Of a stretch of 64,000 bases of DNA, positions 56,825 to 64,000 are shown in pieces (position 1 is the first letter of the stretch; every line of letters starts with the position of its first letter). The notes below the pieces were generated by a model that saw only the letters and a list, made by a program, of their open reading frames with translations, had not been told where the DNA came from and did not search any database. This DNA is from Camelus ferus (Eukaryota): contig NC_045697.1 of the NCBI RefSeq assembly GCF_009834535.1, positions 100,318,001-100,382,000 of the forward strand, in the 5' to 3' direction. The translations under genes were made by a program, and so were the position numbers.

Positions 56825-57828
56825 GAATCAAGTTCTGTGGATGATACACAGAAACTTAAAAGTGATTCCTGGATTAAAAAACAATTTATGCTCTTATTGG
56901 GACAAGAAGACATAACTTGTTAGCAAATGACATTACTTGGTCAAATAACCAAAGAATACCAGATTTCAGCCCTAGGATAGCTACCCCTCATAGGACAAAG
57001 TAAAAATACGGAGAAAAAGGCAAAGTCATACTTTGTCATCAGGTGGGGATTTTGCTTTAATCCGTCTGCAGAACCCTAGTGACTTGGGCTGAGCCCCACA
57101 AAAAACCCTTCCCTAGGTGCTACTAGCCTGAAATGCCCACTCTGTGTCTCTCTTTCCTGAAAGTAGGATGTGGACATGGGTGGGGAAGAGGAGCCAAAAT
57201 AGACCAAAAGATCACGACAGAGAACAACACAAGGAAGGACTACAGTTTATCAAAACACGTCACATGAGTCTGCACAGACTAACGAGGGTAGCTCAACTCT
57301 CATTCTAAATGATCTTCCCTGACTCGGTGGTTAACTTTCAGTAGGAGGCCCCTCATGCTGCTTTAATTTTTTGTTGAAATAAAATAGAAGTAAGAATATT
57401 CTGCTTTTAGATCAAACAGCTTAGTCCACCAGCTTCTGCTTTGGCAGAAAGCCCAGCACCATTAGGAAGAATGTATTAGCGGCTAAGATAGCCATTAATA
57501 AGAAAGGATATAATCATATATAGTTCAAATAAATGCATCAGCGTAACACTCAACACTATGTCTCCAATAATAAGGCATTCAGTGATAGAATCAGATACTT
57601 CTTCCCCCTGGCATTTGTCACTTACTCACTTTTCATTCTAAAAAGGCTCTTCTTCTGGCCGGCCTTCAGAGAATTCTTGATCCCTCAGCACTGAACGTCT
57701 TTTAATACCAGAGTGCAAGGCTGCTGTGACCTTCATTTATATTTCAACCACGAGCTAAACCTAGAAATAGACGGGATAGCATTCTTTGAGGATACTGCTG
57801 TATTACCAAACCACGTCATAGAGACACT

Positions 57829-57919
57829 TTTACTTTTCATTTTTTTCCTTTTCTTAAAAATTGAAGTATAGTCAGTTACAACTATATGGTGTACAGCATA
57901 ATGTTGCAGTCTTGCATAT
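57829..57919 (-). mobile_element. Very short L1 3' end
   Basis: TTGAAGTATAGTCAGTTACAA; TSD TAGAGACACT at 57819-57828 and 57920-57929. Confidence 0.82.
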
Positions 57920-59139
57920 TAGAGACACTATTTTAAAGGATAACTAAACAGAGTGCTGTTCTTAACTGATCTGGGGAAACAGAAAAACCAGCACGACTGT
58001 GGCAGAGTGAGAACGGCCTGCCACCCACAAGAAGGGGAAGCACTGCATCCCCACGGGGCTCCCTGGTCCAGAAGGAGGGCTTCCGGGTGAACCTGGAAGT
58101 GGTGGTTGGTTGGTGGAGCTGTAGCCACACATGCAGCTTTTGGTAGAAAAGGGCAAATACTCAAAAGAGGATTTTGGTCTATGATGTCACCCCCTCATCC
58201 ATTCTTCTCAATGCCAATCTGCTTCCACCCGACCCCACCATGCACTTCTCGGAGACCACTTTCGTGGAGTGTACCAGGGATCTCCATGCGCTCCACCCAA
58301 TGATCACCTCCCTGTTGTCTTAGCCTCTCCTCAGTGTTTTACACAGATGCCTGCTCTCTTTCCCTCTGTGAATGACAAATGTCACCTGCCGCATCAGTAA
58401 ACAAAGGATCTTGCAGTCATCGAGCCATCGTATGGCAGCCACATAGATGGTAAGCCCTGAGGGAACTCAGGATGGGACAGCACAGTGAACTGATATAAAT
58501 ATTTCTTTTTTGCATTGTCCTCCAGATAGTTTCCTTTTCAAACTAAGAGTCAAGTCCAGGGTCTACCCCTTGAGTTGCAGTCCGCTTATTGCTTTGTCTT
58601 GTTCTAAACTGGGGGATACAGTTTGAACTCAGACCCTTCCAATTTTCCCCTTCCCTCATTGCCATTCCTTCTTAGTCCCCTTTGCTGGCTTCGCCTCCCT
58701 TCTCCACTTGAAACACTGTATCTGTGTTGTAATTAAACATATAACTGTACACATTCTACCTACACAATCTTATCCAATCCCAAGGCTTTATCTTCTGAAT
58801 ATAAGGTGACTTCAAACACAAAGTGTTTTTCAGTTTTCCCAGTGAGAAGATCATAATAAAAGTGTTTAAAATTTTATTTTAACAGCTGAACTTTTGGGGA
58901 TTTAGATACACTAGCTAAATATATGCATACTTGTTAATTTGATTGCACATATTGTATAACGTAAGATATTAATGTAGGGATATTGCTTTTTCCATTCTCA
59001 CATTTCATGAAATAAATACATGCGGAATCTTCACTTGTGGCTTTGGACATCAGTCTCTGTCATCACTGGAGCCATTCTCAAGTCACTGAAGACGGTTTTC
59101 CTGAGTATACCCATCTTCACTTCCATTTAAGTTTTTAGG

Positions 59140-59296
59140 GAGGGGAGGGTGTAGCTCAGTGGTGGAGTGCCTTCTTAGCATGCACGAGGTCCTGGGTTCA
59201 ATCCTCAGTACCTCCACTAAAAAAAAAAAAGATGAAAAAGTTCTAGAGAGCTGGTGGACAACAATGTGAATAAAGTAAGCAATACTATAAAAAAAA
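59140..59296 (+). mobile_element. Vic-1-like SINE with an extra 3' segment
   Basis: GTAGCTCAGTGGTGGAGTGCC...GGGTTCAATCC head; TSD AAGTTTTTAGG at 59129-59139 and 59297-59307. Confidence 0.92.
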
Positions 59297-60314
59297 AAGT
59301 TTTTAGGAGTTAGCCCTTTTGGAATTTTGTATGGTATTATCATTGGAAATCTTACCCCATTAGGGATCTTTGTACATTATTTGTACAACATTAGGAGAGC
59401 TATTTTAAAATTTGTTTTATAGATGCATGTTTGTGATCTCCACAATGCAATCAGTATCTTTAAGTAATTTCAGTAGTTTGCTTATAAGGACACCTAACAC
59501 TTACAATTGTAGGATCATACCTTCCATAATAGTTAAATCTATGTTTTATTTCTTTGCCTCCATTTTATTAAAGGTGGCTTCCATCAGCAACTAAAACTAG
59601 AATTAACTGAAGTCCTCTGTGCCTGAGTTTTCCCTAAATATTACTTTGATTTTCAAATAGAGTTATCCACTCATCTGAGTTTTTGGTGACTTTGATACTT
59701 TTTTTGTCTTTTGCACAGAAATAGAGTTAATTTCTGGTTTAAAAATGTAATATTTAATATATTGAATTATCATAATGCCTTTTGTTCCTAAAGTACAGAT
59801 TATTAATCTCTACATTATATTTATAAATATAGTAAATGTTAAGTCTTTTTAAAGGGATTTTTAAAAAAACATCTGTTTCTGTTTGTAAGCTTAGTTAATA
59901 AAATATCTTCAAATATTTTAAACTGCATTTACAAATTTAATCTATCTGATTTCATTTTGAACTACTTCAGTTACCTGGCTTTAGAGGAGAAACATTCCTA
60001 AGTACTAAAAAAATTATATATCTAATGAAATAAACTTAAACATATGGTGAAACTCAAGTTATTGTAAATGTCTCAATACTGTAATGCAGTAATATGTAGA
60101 CTTCAAATCCCAAAGCATAAATTATTCAGTTGTGGATTTTAAGTTGTCACTCAAATAGGTCAAATTCTCGTAATCATTATAACCACATATATTGCCAAAT
60201 ATGCACAGATTCCTTCTTAACACAAAAAATGAAATACTCCGGTCTTGGTTTTCTAAACTTCTTAATCTTAATTTTCGATCTTACTAAGATTTAAAAATAG
60301 GTGTATACTCAAAC

Positions 60315-60680
60315 AACTATAAATAAAATAGATAAACAATAAGGTTATACTGTATAGCACAGAGAACTATATTCAATGTAATAAACTATAATGGAAAAGA
60401 ATCTGAAAAAGAATGTATAACTGAATCCCTTTGCTGTACACATGAAACCAACACAACATTGTAAATCAACTATACTTTTTTTAAACTTTTTTTATTGATT
60501 TACAATCATTTTATTGATTTATAGTCATTTGTGTCAAATTCCAATGTAGAGCACAATTTTTCAATTATACATGAAACATACATATATTCATTGTCACATT
60601 CCTTTCTCTGTGAGCTACCATAAGATCTTGTGTATATTTCCCTGTGCTATACAGTATAATATTGTTTATCTATTCTACAA
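60315..60680. mobile_element. Two L1 3' ends joined tail-to-tail (+ about 60315-60475; - about 60485-60680)
   Basis: The first ends AAATCAACTATAC; the second resembles the reverse complement of the 37.1-37.3 kb L1 type. Confidence 0.85.
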
Positions 60681-61788
60681 GTTTTTAAAGAGCCAAGTCC
60701 TAAGAATACCCATTTGTTGGCCCAAGTGGACAGTATTGGAAGAACTGGGATATTTTCCTTTACCCTAAATTCCTTTAGTTAACTAAGAATTGGTAGAAAT
60801 GTACACTTCATTTTTGTCTACTTTTAAAATATGAATGCATTTAGTAACTCCATGCCTTAGACATCTATCTACATGGACTTTATCAGCCTGTGTAGGTCAG
60901 AGGCTATTAAGATCAAGATGAATTTAGTGAATAACATAGCCCAGGGTTATCTCAGAGGCTGCCTTAAACCTTGCAGAGCTGTGGTCCTGAGCAAATTTTT
61001 TTCTGAAAGTCTTGGAGCAATGCTTCTGCGACAAGAACCCTAATATAAATTGGAACTAAGGAAACAAACACATACAGTGCAAAATAGAACAAGCGTTTCA
61101 TTTATCACTGTGTGGATACAAACAAAAATAACAGGATGAACAAATCTTTCTACAATTATTTCATCATTTACATGGTTTTTACTAAATAAATTTGCTTTAA
61201 AGAAACCAAAGTTCTCATTTGAAAGAAATTTAACCTCTCAGTTTTTACGCAACTGTTATGTCCTTGGGGGCAAATATAAATATCCAGATGGGAATCCTTT
61301 CCTTATTAATAGTTTGTACATAGACTTCAGATGGTTCTCAATTAGACGTTTGTTGAGTGAATATTAATAGCTTTGAAATAATTCATAGGTCCCTACTAAT
61401 GCTGGGTATTTTATACATAATTTGTTTTGTTTTTCAGTTATCCTCACAGTAACCATGAAATCATGTCTCCCTTTTACAGATTAGAAAAAGGAGGATGGTA
61501 TATTTGAAGGAGCAGAGCTAGTGATTGTGAATTTGAGAATTCCACATAAGGGTCTCTGATTTCAGAGTCCCTGTTTTTATCTACTTTAGCACACAGCTTG
61601 CCAGTCTTGGAGTACACAGACAAAAAAGAAATTGCATCTCCTTTCATGAGTAGACCATGAATGTTCTTTGTAGATAATTTGTTATTAATGTCTCTTCTGC
61701 TTCCTTGGTACCATTGATGGGAATGTGTTAACGATGTGATTTCTTTTGTGTTGTGATTCCTACTCATCTTGCATGAAACTCATAGCTC

Positions 61789-62385
61789 TGTTAAGCAGTT
61801 CAAAATGGAGTCACAGTGGCCAGTGTGAACTTCCATATTAGTTGTTTTGAAACCTTGGGTATAGACTGCAAGTGTCTTAGACAGATAAACTAAGTGTTTC
61901 CTTAGATAAGGACCCTGATTGGCAACATCTGTGAAAGACATCACTGGAACAGAAGAAGCAACTGATAGCGAGACAAGACCTCCTGGGGCATAAGTGGCAC
62001 ACTCAACTGGCAGACTGCTTAAAATGAGAGCAAAGTGCCAAGGTACTTAAAGGCTCTTTGCTGGAGGACCTGACTCTGTGCTGCTAAGAGATGTTCCAGA
62101 TGATGCTGCCCACGCTTTGCTGGAGCAGAAGGTGACTTTCCACTCACACGCGTTGGGAGACCCGGTGGCCGACTGGAGTCCACTGCTCACGCTGATATGT
62201 CTCCATCCCTGACTTCTCCTTGGAGTGGTTCGTTACCCCTTTTCCTATTTTCCCTACTCTGACTAACTTTGCTGCATGCTAATCGTGTGCAATAAACTAG
62301 TGATTCATGAATTGGATATTGGCTATGCTCTGTCGATCTCCAATCCCGTGATTCTTACCTGGCCTTACCCCTGGGCCCAGCAACT
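61789..62385 (+). mobile_element. Probable ERV solo LTR, family not recognised
   Basis: TGTT start, AAAATGGAGTCAC motif common near LTR 5' ends, AATAAA at about 62291. Confidence 0.45.
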
Positions 62386-62811
62386 AAGAGAATGAAAAAT
62401 AGTTATAACATTTCAACGAATTATGAGAGGGATAAATCCTAATATCCTAAGAAACTAATAACTTCAAATTAAACACAATTAACAAACATTACCAGGTAGA
62501 CAACTGTGCATCTCTAAATTCGGGGCATTGTGGGAGATACAAAATGGAAAAGGCAAGATGCTCGCTCTTTAAAAACATTATAACCCGATGAAGAGGTAGA
62601 AATGTACATAAACAACATAAGGGTGTTTCCCTGGGGTCAGAAACTTTAGGCTCTTATTTGGAAAGGGTGGGAGGCCTGTGAAGGATCTTGACGGAACAGA
62701 CTTGGATAATTTGAGCTGGGAAAAGGAGTGTGAATGAAGGAGCAAAGTTCCTCCCATTGGAGGGAATGAGGGTTAGGAGAGGTGACCTGGTTTTAATGCT
62801 GTGCCAGGGAA

Positions 62812-63018
62812 CATGGAACATTCTTTAGGATAGACCACATACTACAACACAAAATAAGCCTCAACAAGTTTAAGAGGATAGAAAGTATTTGAAGCATCTT
62901 TTCTGACCACAACAGCATAAAACTAGAAATCAACCACAGAAAGAGAAACGAGAAAAAAACAATTGCATGGAGACTAAACAACATGGGTCAACAATGAAAT
63001 CAAAGACGAAATTTAAAT
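62812..63018 (+). mobile_element. Isolated L1 ORF2 endonuclease-domain fragment
   Basis: Translates as HGTFFRIDHILQHKISLNKFKRIESI*SIFSDHNSIKLEINHRKRNEKKTIAWRLNNM (RIDH and SDH motifs). Confidence 0.92.
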
Positions 63019-63099
63019 TGTGCCCGGAAATAAAATTGTCACAATTATAAATGTAGGAGCCTGCACTGTCCTCCTTACTTGTCTCCACTCTTCCAATTT

Positions 63100-63625
63100 T
63101 GGATGCTTTCCTCCATCTCACTCTCAGCAGATAAGCTAAGGAGAAAAAGCAGTCCTAGATTTTAATATGACACATACAAACCTATCTATTTACCTTCTGC
63201 TCCTCCTTCTCTTATGGAAATAGAGGAGCTGTCTCTTCTAAGACTAATTCCTCTCCCTGCTTTAGATCCAATTTCCTTCCCTCCTCACCCCCAATCCTTA
63301 TAGGAACCCATTTTCTCTCTTTTCCTTTCAACTTCAGTCTCTCAGCTGGATTCTTCCCATTGATTTCAAACAGCCCAATTCCTCCCTATTTACACTTTCC
63401 AAATAAAAATGAAAGCTTCACCAGATTCTTGATCCCTGTCCAGCTCCACCCTATTTCTCACATCTCTGCTCTTCAGAATAAAATGATGGGAAATAGTTAT
63501 TTATTATTCTGTCCCAGTGTCCTCATACTCAGCTCTTTTGGCTTCCTCATGCATCCATTTCTCCACTGAGATAACTCTCCCTGAGGTCACCCATGACTAC
63601 ATTCTCGCTAAGCCCTGTTGAGGTT
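63100..63625 (+). mobile_element. L2 internal fragment
   Basis: CCACTGAGATAACTCTCCCTGAGGTCACCCATGAC; pyrimidine-rich. Confidence 0.7.
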
Positions 63626-63638
63626 TTACATTCCCAAC

Positions 63639-64000
63639 TGTACTAGTCAATGTAGTTACTGCAAACTTGCACAACAGATAAACTCCTAAAAATCAGTAGG
63701 ATAACATAATAAATGTTGTTCTTTCTTAATCACGTAGTCTGATGTTGGTCAAATGGCCCCTTCCATCTTCTAGCTATGCTGTATGAAATACGTAACTGTT
63801 CCAGTTATTTAATGCTGTAACAAACAACTCAAAACTTTAGTGGCTTAAAACAATGACGATATTCATTTTCTTAGGTCTGAATTTGTAAAGAAATATATGG
63901 ATGTAGTTTTATTTTCTATTGCCCTCAGCATCAGCTGGAGTAGCTCCAAGGCTGAGGGCTAGACTCACCCAAAGATGCACTCCCTCACTTGCCTGCAGGT
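63639..64000 (-). mobile_element. MLT1-type LTR fragments, truncated by the window end
   Basis: GCTGTAACAAAC...TTAGTGGCTTAAAACAA. Confidence 0.7.

Noticed and set aside
59140..59216. tRNA-Ala-like gene (similar heads at 7753 and 24836)
   Set aside because: A/B boxes are present, but they are followed by an A-tail and flanked by TSDs, so these are SINEs rather than tRNA genes.

Overview
Mammalian genomic DNA, most likely a camelid (inferred from tRNA-Ala-type Vic-1-like SINEs and the absence of Alu, B1 and Bov-A elements). It contains one protein-coding gene, ZNF330 (NOA36, a nucleolar cysteine-rich protein), on the + strand. The gene has a CpG-island promoter at about 33.4-33.9 kb, nine coding exons between 35593 and 49250, and a poly(A) signal at 49906. 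The main anomaly is an extra base in coding exon 4 (at about 40050) that frameshifts an otherwise intact 320-codon ORF. The same base creates a new AG whose use as an acceptor would restore the frame. The rest of the window is interspersed repeats (L1, L2, MIR, MaLR/ERVL/ERV1 LTRs, hAT DNA transposons, SINEs), several with informative insertion scars, plus an orphan CpG-rich region at about 6.8-7.6 kb. No CRISPR array, operon or clearly new biological system is supported. Repeat family names come from recalled consensus sequences, not from a database search.
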